From NCBI GenBank assembly GCA_001822835.1, contig MHSS01000013.1, forward strand, positions 10,321 through 74,320: 64,000 nt of DNA, given 5' to 3'. This DNA is from Candidatus Terrybacteria bacterium RIFCSPHIGHO2_01_FULL_48_17. Its GTDB lineage: Bacteria; Patescibacteriota; Minisyncoccia; Terrybacterales; 2-01-FULL-58-14. The position numbers and the translations under genes are program-made. Below the pieces are notes generated by a model that saw only the letters and a list, made by a program, of their open reading frames with translations, searched no databases and was not told the origin of the DNA. This document shows, in pieces, positions 49,450 to 59,085 of the stretch; the stretch's first letter is position 1; each line of letters begins with the position of its first letter.

Positions 49450-50022
49450 TTATAATGGCGCAAGATCTATAAGGGTTATCTTTCCATCGTTGTTTATATT
49501 TCGGAAATTGATTTCTGTGACGCGTCCGCTTTTTTGCTGCGCGAAATCAGCAAACATATCCGCAAGAAATTGTTCCGCTTCTTCCCAGCTCACAAGAGCA
49601 TGTCCTCCTCCCTCTTTATTTTTTTCTAAGTGCACTGCTCCAAAAACAAAGTGCTTGTAGGGGAAGAGTCGGACATGGAAACGACTATTTTGGATATCAG
49701 GATATGCAAATTGGGCGGAAGTTTTTACGCGCTCGTTGGCGATATAGAGAAATTGAGGCGTTCCTGAAGTCCGCGTCCAGCCGTTTTCTTGTAGGCGCGT
49801 TCCAATTTTCCCGACGGTTGCGTGAACAAAAACTATATTGACCGGATCGGTGATACGCTCTTTAGGGAAGGGTAGAGACTCTTCGCGCCATACTGTGTAT
49901 GGAGAGAAGAGAATATCGCTTTCCTCTATGTTGAGCATAACGCGTTGTTGCGACGGAAGAGGAAACTGGAACGCAACCAGTAGTATAGCAATTGTCAAAA
50001 AACCAATAGCGGTTCGTATCAC
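49450..50022 (-). CDS. secreted or membrane-anchored hypothetical protein (LssY C-terminal-like)
   Basis: N-terminal hydrophobic segment; DPVNIVF, GW, RFHVRLF, NDGKI. Confidence 0.55.
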   Translation of the reverse strand: MIRTAIGFLTIAILLVAFQFPLPSQQRVMLNIEESDILFSPYTVWREESLPFPKERITDPVNIVFVHATVGKIGTRLQENGWTRTSGTPQFLYIANERVKTSAQFAYPDIQNSRFHVRLFPYKHFVFGAVHLEKNKEGGGHALVSWEEAEQFLADMFADFAQQKSGRVTEINFRNINNDGKITLIDLAPL

Positions 50023-50163
50023 GCCATTTCTCCTGCTTGAATTTTAATTATTATACCACTCTAATTTTTGTATGTCAATTTTGTTGAACGTACGACCAAG
50101 GATTTATTTTCTTGCGAGCTTAGCACGGAACGGATACGCTACATATAGATAGCTTTATATCAA

Positions 50164-51399
50164 ATGGCATCACGCCCTTTAATATCAAATGCATTATTTG
50201 GGCGCGCACAACAAGAAGCGCGTAATACCATTCATGCCTGCGTGCACCGTTTGGGCTTTAAAGCATCGGCACACGCTGTTTTGGGGTACCCGCACGTATG
50301 GGCGCGCGACAGCATGATAACCTCTCTTGGTGCGCTGGCCTCTCAAGACCCTGTTCTTATTTCTTCTGTTGAGGCGAGTTTGGAAACGTTAGCAAAACAT
50401 CAAACCGCATTGGGCGCTATTCCTACCAACGTAGATACGCGATCCCAAAAACCGGAACCCCACAACCAAACACAGGTTGATTCTTCGCCATGGTATATCA
50501 TTGGGCTTGAAGCGTTCGTGCGTTCGCAGAAACCAGGGTTGTTATTTATACGTAGGCGCTTTTCGCACGTAGAGGGAGCATTGGGATGGCTCTTTTTCCA
50601 AGATCAAAATAACGATGGGCTTTTGGAAATACAGGAAGCATGGGATTGGGAAGACCTTTTTGCGGTGCGCGGCACAGGTCTTTACATCAATGTATTGTGG
50701 CACGAGGCGCTAAAAAAAGGCGCAGCGCTTGCCAGTAAGGTGGGCAAAGAGACGTTAGCGCGAGCGTGGCGCAGGGAAGCCGTGTTCGTAAAGGAGCGCA
50801 TCAATGCTCGTTTGTGGGATGCGTTTCCGCCGGCGGAATCCCCCAAAAAGGGGGAATGGAGTTTTGCGCGTATGCGTAAGGGACGGCGCGGTCCATTTTA
50901 TTTTCCTTACTATACGTTTTGGCGGTTTGGCCGCTGGTGTGATGCGCTTGGAAATCTGTTGGCGATTCTTTGTGGGGTCGCGAGCGCTTCGCAAACGCGG
51001 ATCATTCTTGATTATATGGCGCGAGCGGGGATTGCGCATCCGTATCCTACAAAAGCGATTACTCCTTCTATTACGCCACACAATAGCGACTGGCGAAACT
51101 ACTATCGGAAATATCGCTTGAATTTGCCAAACCAATATCATAACGGCGGCATTTGGCCTTTTATTGGAGGACTCCATGTGGCGGCATTAGTGAAAGCAGG
51201 AAGGCAGAAAAAGGCGGAAGCGTTATTGGTTAAGTTGATGCAGGCGAATCAGAAAGGGAAGAAAAGCAAATGGGAGTTTAACGAATGGCTGCACGGAAAG
51301 ACAGGTAGGCCCTTGGGTATGGCAAAGCAGGCATGGAGCGCAGGCATGTTTTTATATGCGCTTGAAGCGGTAAGGCGGAAAAACAATTTATTCTTTTAG
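50164..51399 (+). CDS. six-hairpin glycoside hydrolase (GH100/amylo-alpha-1,6-glucosidase-like)
   Basis: VWARDS, DSSPWYI, YHNGGIWPF, FNEWLHG, QAWSA. Confidence 0.85.
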   Translation: MASRPLISNALFGRAQQEARNTIHACVHRLGFKASAHAVLGYPHVWARDSMITSLGALASQDPVLISSVEASLETLAKHQTALGAIPTNVDTRSQKPEPHNQTQVDSSPWYIIGLEAFVRSQKPGLLFIRRRFSHVEGALGWLFFQDQNNDGLLEIQEAWDWEDLFAVRGTGLYINVLWHEALKKGAALASKVGKETLARAWRREAVFVKERINARLWDAFPPAESPKKGEWSFARMRKGRRGPFYFPYYTFWRFGRWCDALGNLLAILCGVASASQTRIILDYMARAGIAHPYPTKAITPSITPHNSDWRNYYRKYRLNLPNQYHNGGIWPFIGGLHVAALVKAGRQKKAEALLVKLMQANQKGKKSKWEFNEWLHGKTGRPLGMAKQAWSAGMFLYALEAVRRKNNLFF

Positions 51400-51500
51400 G
51401 AGACGAAAAGATAGTCGGCATCTCCCGCGCGAGTGTCTTTAAAGCACGGCTTGTGGTATAATAAAGCAAAGGGCGATTTCACATAGCTTTTTCTATTTTT

Positions 51501-52259
51501 ATGTTTTTATCAATCTTTTTTGTTCCAGTTGTCATTTTTCTCTTTTTCCTTTTCGCAGGCATCCGTATTGTCAACCAGTACGAGCGCGGTGTGGTGCTAA
51601 CGTTTGGGCGCTATAGTACTACCCTTGGGCCGGGGCTCAAATGGATTTTTCCCATTGTGCAGTCGATGCTTCGGGTAGATATTCGTGTGGCCACCGTAGA
51701 TATTCCGCAGCAGGAGGTAATTACAAGAGATAACGTTCCCGTGGGCATTAATGCCGTTGTTTATTTCCAAGTGGAGAGGGCAGAAGACGCCGTATTGAAA
51801 GTGCAAAACTATGTTTTTGCAATAGCTCAATACGCGCAGGGAGTGTTGCGCGATGTCATAGGCAATGTGGAACTTGACACGTTGCTCACCGAGCGCGAAA
51901 AGATCGCAGAAGAAATCAAAAAAATCGTGGATGAGGCAACAGCTGCATGGGGTGTGAATGTAACATATATCAAGATTCAAGATATTGAGTTGCCTGCAGA
52001 TATGAAGCGCGCCATGGCAAAGCAGGCGGAATCGGAACGCGAGCGTCGTGGTGTTATCATCAAGGCGGAAGGAGAGCTTGGTGCTGCGGAAAACTTAAAA
52101 AAAGCAGCCGCACTTTTATCAGAAACCTCCGGCGGTTTGACTCTGCGGACGCTTGAGACGATTGAGAAGATAAACCCCGACCCCTCAAAGACCGTAGTAT
52201 TCCTCTTGCCCGTAGAGATCATGGAGGGAATCAAAAATCTATTTGGGAAAAAGGAGTAA
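51501..52259 (+). CDS. SPFH/band 7 (slipin) protein
   Basis: YERGVV..FG, QEVITRDNV, MKRAMAKQAESERERR. Confidence 0.93.
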   Translation: MFLSIFFVPVVIFLFFLFAGIRIVNQYERGVVLTFGRYSTTLGPGLKWIFPIVQSMLRVDIRVATVDIPQQEVITRDNVPVGINAVVYFQVERAEDAVLKVQNYVFAIAQYAQGVLRDVIGNVELDTLLTEREKIAEEIKKIVDEATAAWGVNVTYIKIQDIELPADMKRAMAKQAESERERRGVIIKAEGELGAAENLKKAAALLSETSGGLTLRTLETIEKINPDPSKTVVFLLPVEIMEGIKNLFGKKE

Positions 52260-52352
52260 CGCTTTTGTTGTTGGAAAATCAAAGCTAAACAACCGGCGTA
52301 TGCCGGCTGTTTTACTTTCATCGTCCTCGATTCATATGCTGACTATTGGCGG

Positions 52353-52751
52353 TTATGGCGATGTATTCAATTTTTTGGGAAATGCTAAGGCCATTCCGAT
52401 TAGGGACAATGCGCTCAAAAGCCACATGATCTTAATTTCCCCTCCAAGAAAAAAGAATACCAATCCAAGGATCGCAATGGCTTCTGCCAACGCAAGAGAT
52501 ATCACAAAGAGAGCTTGTTGTTTTTGCGGTGTTATTGGAAGAGCAGATTCGCGTAGCGGTGCCGAAAGTCGATAAATGACAACAAGATCGCCAAAGGCAA
52601 GAAAGAGCATACCATAGAAGAAAATACGAGGTACCGCAAAATCGATTTCAAAAACGGTTCCTGAGGCATGAATCGCAAATGCAATAAGATTGTATATAAC
52701 GATGGCACCGACAAAGGCAAACCAGAGAACTTTTTGGGTTTTTTGCGGCAT
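52353..52751 (-). CDS. hypothetical membrane protein
   Basis: Four TM segments; IS.ALAEAIAILG motif. Confidence 0.7.
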   Translation of the reverse strand: MPQKTQKVLWFAFVGAIVIYNLIAFAIHASGTVFEIDFAVPRIFFYGMLFLAFGDLVVIYRLSAPLRESALPITPQKQQALFVISLALAEAIAILGLVFFFLGGEIKIMWLLSALSLIGMALAFPKKLNTSP

Positions 52752-52759
52752 ATGTTTGT

Positions 52760-53584
52760 TTACTTTATTTGTTTTAAAAATTCATCGGCGAGCTGCCCGG
52801 TTTCGCTTGAATGCTGGAAGAACGATTTCCATACCACGACGATATCAATGTCGTTAAATACGGCCCGCTGAACCTCGCGGATGGTGTCGCCTCCTGCCAT
52901 GGCAAGTAAGATCCCGTAATTTCCTTTGATGCGGTGGATTTCGTGGTGCGGGAGCCGCTTTTCGCGGTTGAACGTTTCTTCGTCTACCCCTCGGTGCAAT
53001 ACCACAACATCGGGGGGCTTTTTTAATGCGCGAAGGACAGAGAGGGGGAATTCAATATTCATCGTATCAATCATAGAATCGAGGCCGCGCGCTTCACATT
53101 GTTGGATAAAGGCATTAAGTGTTTCTGTCGGAGCTGCGGCAGAGGCAATTGCTCCGGATGCTCCTGCGTCTGCCGCAATGTCAACTTCGGTGGCGCCCCG
53201 GTCAAATGTTTTTAAATCCGCAACCACATAGGGAATTGTGGGGGTTGGCGTGATGGGCTCGCCCGTATGCGACGTTGCAACGCGTGAGGTGCGTATCCCC
53301 TTACCCATTCCTGCCAATAAGCGCATAGCCATTTCTCCTAGAGGAGAAAGCTGGGGTCTTGTGTCTGCAAACGCGGGGACGAACGATCCCCCCTGCAGAT
53401 GTGTCGTCCACCACCAGACAATCGTGCGAATCCCTTGTATGCCATATCGTTTAATAAGGGGTGTACCTGCTTCGATAATAATTCGGTCGTTCCTTGGAAG
53501 CACTGCAATAATTTCCCTAGCTTCCTCAAGCGTTGAGTTAAGCGCAATTTGCAAATACCGCTGTTTTCGTGAGAGCTTTGGCAT
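52760..53584 (-). CDS. 3-hexulose-6-phosphate synthase-like (OMPDC/HUMPS barrel) protein
   Basis: YLQIAL, IIEAGTPLIKRYG, VVADLKT.D, LHRGVDEE, AGG. Confidence 0.8.
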   Translation of the reverse strand: MPKLSRKQRYLQIALNSTLEEAREIIAVLPRNDRIIIEAGTPLIKRYGIQGIRTIVWWWTTHLQGGSFVPAFADTRPQLSPLGEMAMRLLAGMGKGIRTSRVATSHTGEPITPTPTIPYVVADLKTFDRGATEVDIAADAGASGAIASAAAPTETLNAFIQQCEARGLDSMIDTMNIEFPLSVLRALKKPPDVVVLHRGVDEETFNREKRLPHHEIHRIKGNYGILLAMAGGDTIREVQRAVFNDIDIVVVWKSFFQHSSETGQLADEFLKQIK

Positions 53585-53611
53585 TATTTTTATTGTACCA
53601 TAGATACATCT

Positions 53612-54055
53612 ATGAAGATTAAGGGGGCAGATATTACGAAAATGAAAGTTGATGCGATTATAAACGCCGCAGATACATATTTGCAGCATGGCGGGGGAGT
53701 GGCTGCTGCAATCGTAAATGCAGGCGGACCCAGAATACAGGAGGAAAGCAATCGGGTTGGATTTTGTCCTATCGGTGGGGCATGCGTTACGGGGGCAGGG
53801 ACACTCCATGCAAGACATGTTATCCATGTTCCTACGATTGATTGGGAAAGCGGGCAGCGCGCTGACGCAGAAGATATTTTTGCCGGCGCAAAAGCTGCGC
53901 TTAAGATGGCGCAGTCGTTGGGGTTAAAAAGCGTTGCTTTTCCGCTTTTGGGAGCCGGCGTTGTAGGCATTCCCGAAGAAATCGCCGAAGAACAAATTGC
54001 TAAAGCCGCAGACCTTTTCCCTGACATGCAAATAACGCTTTGCGTAAGGGAATAA
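53612..54055 (+). CDS. macro domain protein
   Basis: ADIT..KVDAIINAA...HGGGVAAAI, VIH, SVAFPLLGAG. Confidence 0.92.
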   Translation: MKIKGADITKMKVDAIINAADTYLQHGGGVAAAIVNAGGPRIQEESNRVGFCPIGGACVTGAGTLHARHVIHVPTIDWESGQRADAEDIFAGAKAALKMAQSLGLKSVAFPLLGAGVVGIPEEIAEEQIAKAADLFPDMQITLCVRE

Positions 54056-54077
54056 CTACAAGGTATGATAGTAACAT

Positions 54078-55439
54078 ATGGAAGAATTTGACGTTATTGT
54101 GATCGGCGCAGGATCGGGTTTGCAGGTTTCTGCTGCAGCCAGCCGCAAGGGCATGAAAGTTGCTGTGGTTGAAGAGGGACCCATGGGTGGAACCTGCCTT
54201 AACCGCGGCTGCATTCCTTCAAAAATGTTGATTCACGCTGCGGAGATTGCACAGACCGTACAAAACGCGGCAAAATTTGGTATTGATGCTGAATTGAAAG
54301 GTATTCGTTTTGCAGAGATTACGAAAAGAGTGGCTGCAACAGTTGACGAAGAGGCAACAGATATTGAAGAAGCCAACAAGAAAAATCCAAATATTACCTT
54401 GTTTAAGGCACGCGGGAAGTTTGTCGGTGAAAAAACGCTTGAGATTGAGGGGAAGCAAATCAAAGGGGAAACCATTGTGATTGCAGCCGGAACCCGTCCG
54501 GTGGCGCCCCCGATTCCCGGGCTTGATCACGTAGAATATCTTACCAGCGACAACGGCCTTCGGCTTGAAAAACTGCCAAAAAGCATGGTGATGGTAGGCG
54601 GCGGCTATATTGCTTCCGAGCTTGCACACTTTTTCGGGTCGTTGGGAACGGAAATGACTATTATTGAAATGGCACCGAAGCTGTTAGGCAGATCAGACAG
54701 CGATATCGCCAATACCTTTACCGAAGCATTTTCACAACGCTTTAACGTGTTGCTTGAACACAAGGTTATTAAAGTTGCAAAAGGCGGCGAGGGCGTCATA
54801 GTGACGGTGCAGGACAAGGACGGGAAGGAGAAAACCGTTTCGGGCGAGACGCTCTTTTTGGCAGTAGGCCGCAGGCCCAACACCGATGTTTTGGATTTGG
54901 AAAAAACTGGAGTTGAACTAACAGACAAGGGGTATGTAAAAACAAACGAATATCTTGAAACGAACATGCCCGGCATTTGGGCATTGGGCGACATTGCCGG
55001 CAAATGGTTTTTCAAACACTCGGCAAACCTTGAGGCAGAGTATGTGTGGCGCAATGCGTTATTGGGAGAAAAAGCGCCAGTTGATTATTCTGCCATACCC
55101 CATTCGGTCTTTACCGACCCTCAAATTGCGGGAGTCGGCGCGACAGAAGACGAATTGAAAACTGCCGGAACGCCGTATAAAAAAGGAGTGTATAAGTACC
55201 GCCATACCGGCATGGGGCAGGCAATGATGGAGCTTCACGGCTTCGTGAAAGCGCTGGCAGACGGGAAAGGAGAAAAAATCCTCGGCTGCCAAATTTTAGG
55301 GCCCGATGCATCAACGCTTATTCATGAGGTAGCCGTTGCAATGAAAAATGGGTTAACCGTACAGCAACTTGCCAAAACCGTGCATGCGCACCCCGCGCTT
55401 TCAGAGGTAGTGCAGCGTGCGTTTTTAGCGATTCGATAA
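54078..55439 (+). CDS. pyridine nucleotide-disulfide oxidoreductase (dihydrolipoyl dehydrogenase/mycothione reductase-like)
   Basis: IGAGSG, GGTCLNRGCIPSK, GGGYIA.E, HAHPALSE. Confidence 0.9.
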   Translation: MEEFDVIVIGAGSGLQVSAAASRKGMKVAVVEEGPMGGTCLNRGCIPSKMLIHAAEIAQTVQNAAKFGIDAELKGIRFAEITKRVAATVDEEATDIEEANKKNPNITLFKARGKFVGEKTLEIEGKQIKGETIVIAAGTRPVAPPIPGLDHVEYLTSDNGLRLEKLPKSMVMVGGGYIASELAHFFGSLGTEMTIIEMAPKLLGRSDSDIANTFTEAFSQRFNVLLEHKVIKVAKGGEGVIVTVQDKDGKEKTVSGETLFLAVGRRPNTDVLDLEKTGVELTDKGYVKTNEYLETNMPGIWALGDIAGKWFFKHSANLEAEYVWRNALLGEKAPVDYSAIPHSVFTDPQIAGVGATEDELKTAGTPYKKGVYKYRHTGMGQAMMELHGFVKALADGKGEKILGCQILGPDASTLIHEVAVAMKNGLTVQQLAKTVHAHPALSEVVQRAFLAIR

Positions 55440-55571
55440 AAAGAATTCCCGTTGAGCGTGGGAATAATATATAAGTTTACAACCCGTTTTTGAGCGGGTT
55501 TTCTTGACAAAGAAGGGGACGTTGGCGCATTATGGGAAGACGATATTTTACAAACAAAAAAGGAGCATTTG

Positions 55572-56270
55572 ATGGAAAAGGAAGATCAGAAGGATCCGCG
55601 AGTGATACTTGCAGGTCTTATTGTCATCGTTTGGGTGTTGGGACTTATCGGATTTTTTATCTGGGCGTGGGCCTTTAACGGCGCTTCCCATTTTATCCCT
55701 CATGTGATTGGGGTTGCTTTTGCAGGAAGCTCCGTTGCCTCCGAAAGATTTACGCTGGAAGCAGTTAAAGAATCGTTGCTAAGCTTTTTGGGTGCAGAAA
55801 TGTTAGTCGGTTTTCTTATGGCCGCAGCGATTCTTGTGCTCACGAGACGCCCCACCACGCTTCATCCGACATTGCATCGTCCCTCGGTTTCTGTTTCTTT
55901 GTTGGGCTTTAGCTTTAATCTACTTGGAGCTGCCCTTCGCGAGGAAGTAGTATTTCGTTGGTTGCCCTTGGTAGCCATCGCGGCCATTTTGCCCGATACT
56001 GTCTCTGTTACGACCAGTTTAATTCTTGGTTCCTCTGTAATTTTCGCATTGGAGCATTTGAGGAATTTCGATCCGGAAGATCGGCACTGGATTATGGTGG
56101 TGTCTCATTTTGTAAGCGGCCTTTTCTTCGTATACGCATTTTTACGATGGGGATTTGCAGGAGCTGTTTTTGTGCATTACTTCCATAACTTTTTTGTGAT
56201 GATAGGGCCGGTAGCAGCATTTAGAGCATATCCCAAGGCACTATCTTTCCTTGAATTGCGGAAACCATAA
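55572..56270 (+). CDS. CPBP (Abi/CAAX) family intramembrane metalloprotease
   Basis: EEVVFR, FALEH, HYFHN; AGGAG SD; TTGACA promoter at ~55504. Confidence 0.85.
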   Translation: MEKEDQKDPRVILAGLIVIVWVLGLIGFFIWAWAFNGASHFIPHVIGVAFAGSSVASERFTLEAVKESLLSFLGAEMLVGFLMAAAILVLTRRPTTLHPTLHRPSVSVSLLGFSFNLLGAALREEVVFRWLPLVAIAAILPDTVSVTTSLILGSSVIFALEHLRNFDPEDRHWIMVVSHFVSGLFFVYAFLRWGFAGAVFVHYFHNFFVMIGPVAAFRAYPKALSFLELRKP

Positions 56271-56420
56271 AAAGAACCCGCCACACGGCGGGATTTTTAT
56301 TATGTGATAATATGTTCACGAGATTAAGCAGGTCATGCTCTTTTTTAATATGCTATATCCTATTTTTCATATTCTTATTGGCTTGTCTAGCTCCTAATGC
56401 GTTTGTTATAGTACGAGCAT

Positions 56421-56876
56421 ATGAAAAAACCATTCTCCTTTATTTTTCGAGCTCTTGATCGCTTAGCCCCGCCGCAGCGTGCCTATGCGCATTGCGATGT
56501 GCCCTGCGGCATTTATACGCCGGAGCCCGCACAAACCGCGGCCGATACCGTTGCCAAGATGGTTGAAAAGATACAGGCGCTTCCGAAAGAGAACCCGCCG
56601 ACAGAGGACACGCGAAATTCTTTCGTGCGCATGGTTGTGACAAAAGAAGAACATGCGGAAAAATGCAAGCGGGAATTGTTAATTCTGTGGACCGATTTTT
56701 TCAAACAGGAACATCTTGCCATGTTCCCCGATTTGCACCAAACGTTTTGGAAAGCAGCAAAGCTTTGCTCAAAAAACAAACAATCAGTAGATGCTGAGGC
56801 AGCAAAGCAATTGCAAGAAGCGGTTGCGCATATTGCCGAGATATTTGCAAAGGCGAAAGCAGCAGTAAGCAAATAA
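56421..56876 (+). CDS. sodN: nickel superoxide dismutase precursor
   Basis: Leader followed by the Ni-hook AH-CDVPCGIY; ILWTDFFK. Confidence 0.95.
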   Translation: MKKPFSFIFRALDRLAPPQRAYAHCDVPCGIYTPEPAQTAADTVAKMVEKIQALPKENPPTEDTRNSFVRMVVTKEEHAEKCKRELLILWTDFFKQEHLAMFPDLHQTFWKAAKLCSKNKQSVDAEAAKQLQEAVAHIAEIFAKAKAAVSK

Positions 56877-56988
56877 CCAAGGAACAAGATACAAGATAAC
56901 AAACAAGATACAAATACCAAGACACAAACACCGCGCGAGTTTGGTTATTGATTATTGGAGCTTGTTTGGTTATTGTTTCTTGTATCTT
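56871..56988. repeat. heptamer-periodic inverted-repeat element (CAAGATA type)
   Basis: CAAGGAA CAAGATA CAAGATA ACAAA CAAGATA CAAATAC... / ...TTGTTTC TTGTATC TT. Confidence 0.75.
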
Positions 56989-57270
56989 ATGAATATGTTT
57001 CGCCGTTTCATTATTGAAGGCATGAGCATGTTTCCGGCTTTTCGGCCTGGCGATCGAGTTGTAGCTTTGCGCAAGGCCGCATATCAGGCCGGGGACGCTG
57101 TGGTGGTTAAAGATCCCCGCGATGGGAGGATGTTGTTAAAACGCGTGCGCGCACACCGGGAAAATTCCTATTTTTTGGTGGGGGATAACCATGAGCAAAG
57201 CACTGATAGCCGTATGTTTGGCAGTGTTTCAAAAAACGCTATTTTAGGAAAGATTGTCGTAAGATATTAG
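56989..57270 (+). CDS. sodX: Ni-SOD maturation protease (S26)
   Basis: GMSMFP, LLKRV, GDN...STDSR.FG; directly after sodN. Confidence 0.9.
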   Translation: MNMFRRFIIEGMSMFPAFRPGDRVVALRKAAYQAGDAVVVKDPRDGRMLLKRVRAHRENSYFLVGDNHEQSTDSRMFGSVSKNAILGKIVVRY

Positions 57271-57411
57271 AGGTATTATTCGCAATGGTTTTGTAGCATA
57301 ATACCCGTAAAGCGTGTGGCTTGCGATAACGAGTGCCGTTCCTTTAGGGACGGAATTTTCTTTTAAGGCCATTCGTGTAAAGGTGAAAAAAATGGTACAA
57401 TAAAAGAAAGA

Positions 57412-59085
57412 ATGCCTGTTCCAATAGATCAGCTGAAAAAAGTATTGCAGTCAGGAAAATTCATTTCCGACGCTGATTTAACGCGGGCAGAAGGCCTTAC
57501 CAAGACCCGCAAAAAACCTTTTGAGCAGATCTTGGTTGAGGAAAATCTTATTGCCGATGAGCATCTTGGAAAGTTGGTTGCCGACATTCTTGGCGTCCCT
57601 TTTGTGAATTTAAGGGAAGTGGAAATTGATCCCGGAGTGCTGCGAATCGTTCCCGAAGTTGTTGCGCGTTCACAAAATGCTATTGCCTTTGAGCGTACTA
57701 AAGACGGCCTCAAAATCGCCATGGCCGATCCAAAACAGCTTGAATTTATCAGCAATCTTGAAAAGAAAGTCGGTGAGAACACAGGGGTGTATTATGCAAC
57801 ATTGCATGATATCCATGCGGCCTTTGGCCGCTATAAAAAAGAAGTAGGCGAGGCCTTTCAGGAAATTCTGGAACGCGAGCGGGCCAGTCGCACAAAAGCC
57901 ACAGAAGACAAAGAGGCGGTAGGAGTCAAAATTGTTGATTCACTCCTCGCTTATGGGTATGAAAATCGTGCCTCTGATATCCATCTTGAGCCGCAGGACG
58001 AGCGGGTGATAGTTCGATTTCGTATCGACGGAGTGTTACATGATGTTACGGAACTTCCCAAAGATTTACATGAACTTGTGGTCGCGCGCATTAAAGTGAT
58101 GAGTCGGCTACGTACGGATGAGCATCGTTTGCCGCAAGACGGAAAACTTTCCTTCAGTCAGGAAGGGGATCGTGTGGATGTGCGCGTGTCGATCGTGCCT
58201 ATTGTTGAGGGTGAAAAAGTAGTATTGCGCCTATTGGCTGAGGGGGCACGGCAATTTTCGCTTGAGAATCTTGGATTTTCTGAAAAAAATCTTGAGCTTG
58301 TGCGAGCGGCAGCCCAAAAGCCACACGGGATGATTTTAGTCACCGGCCCTACCGGTTCGGGCAAAACGACAACGCTGTACGCGGTGCTTAAAATGTTGAA
58401 CCGTCGGGAAGTAAATATCGCAACCATCGAAGATCCCGTTGAATATGATATTGAGGGTGTTAATCAGATACAGGCCAATCCCGCAATCGGTATTACCTTC
58501 GCAAACGGTTTGCGCTCAATTGTTCGGCAGGACCCCGATATCATTATGGTGGGAGAGATTCGGGATCAAGAAACGGCAGACATTGCAATAAACGCTGCGT
58601 TGACGGGCCACTTGGTACTTTCGACCTTTCATACTAATGACGCAGCCACTGCCTTACCGCGTCTTTTGGAAATGGAAATTGAGCCATATCTTGTTGCCTC
58701 TACCGTTATTGTGGTCGTTGCGCAACGATTGATACGAAGGATTTGTAACCGTTGCGTGGAGAGCCATATGATATCTCCCGAAGAGCTTGAGAAGATAGTG
58801 CCGCAAGAAGCCCGTTCTGTTTCGTTACAACAACCTCTCCGTTTTTTTAGCGGTAAGGGGTGTAATGCGTGCGGGGGGACTGGTTTTATTGGTCGAGTTG
58901 GGATTTTTGAGGTTTTGACGATGACCGATGCAATTCGAGATTTGGTATTGAGGCGAGCACCGAGCGGCGAAATTGAGCAAGAAGCCAAGAAAGAGGGAAT
59001 GATAACCATGTTCGAAGATGGATTTGCAAAAGCACAGGCGGGCATCACCACGATAGACGAAATCCTTCGTGTGACCCGTGCCTAA
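57412..59085 (+). CDS. pilB: type IV pilus assembly ATPase (PilB/GspE)
   Basis: ASDIHLEP, RFRIDGVL, GPTGSGKTTTLY, RQDPDIIMVGEIRD, TGHLVLST.H. Confidence 0.93.
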   Translation: MPVPIDQLKKVLQSGKFISDADLTRAEGLTKTRKKPFEQILVEENLIADEHLGKLVADILGVPFVNLREVEIDPGVLRIVPEVVARSQNAIAFERTKDGLKIAMADPKQLEFISNLEKKVGENTGVYYATLHDIHAAFGRYKKEVGEAFQEILERERASRTKATEDKEAVGVKIVDSLLAYGYENRASDIHLEPQDERVIVRFRIDGVLHDVTELPKDLHELVVARIKVMSRLRTDEHRLPQDGKLSFSQEGDRVDVRVSIVPIVEGEKVVLRLLAEGARQFSLENLGFSEKNLELVRAAAQKPHGMILVTGPTGSGKTTTLYAVLKMLNRREVNIATIEDPVEYDIEGVNQIQANPAIGITFANGLRSIVRQDPDIIMVGEIRDQETADIAINAALTGHLVLSTFHTNDAATALPRLLEMEIEPYLVASTVIVVVAQRLIRRICNRCVESHMISPEELEKIVPQEARSVSLQQPLRFFSGKGCNACGGTGFIGRVGIFEVLTMTDAIRDLVLRRAPSGEIEQEAKKEGMITMFEDGFAKAQAGITTIDEILRVTRA

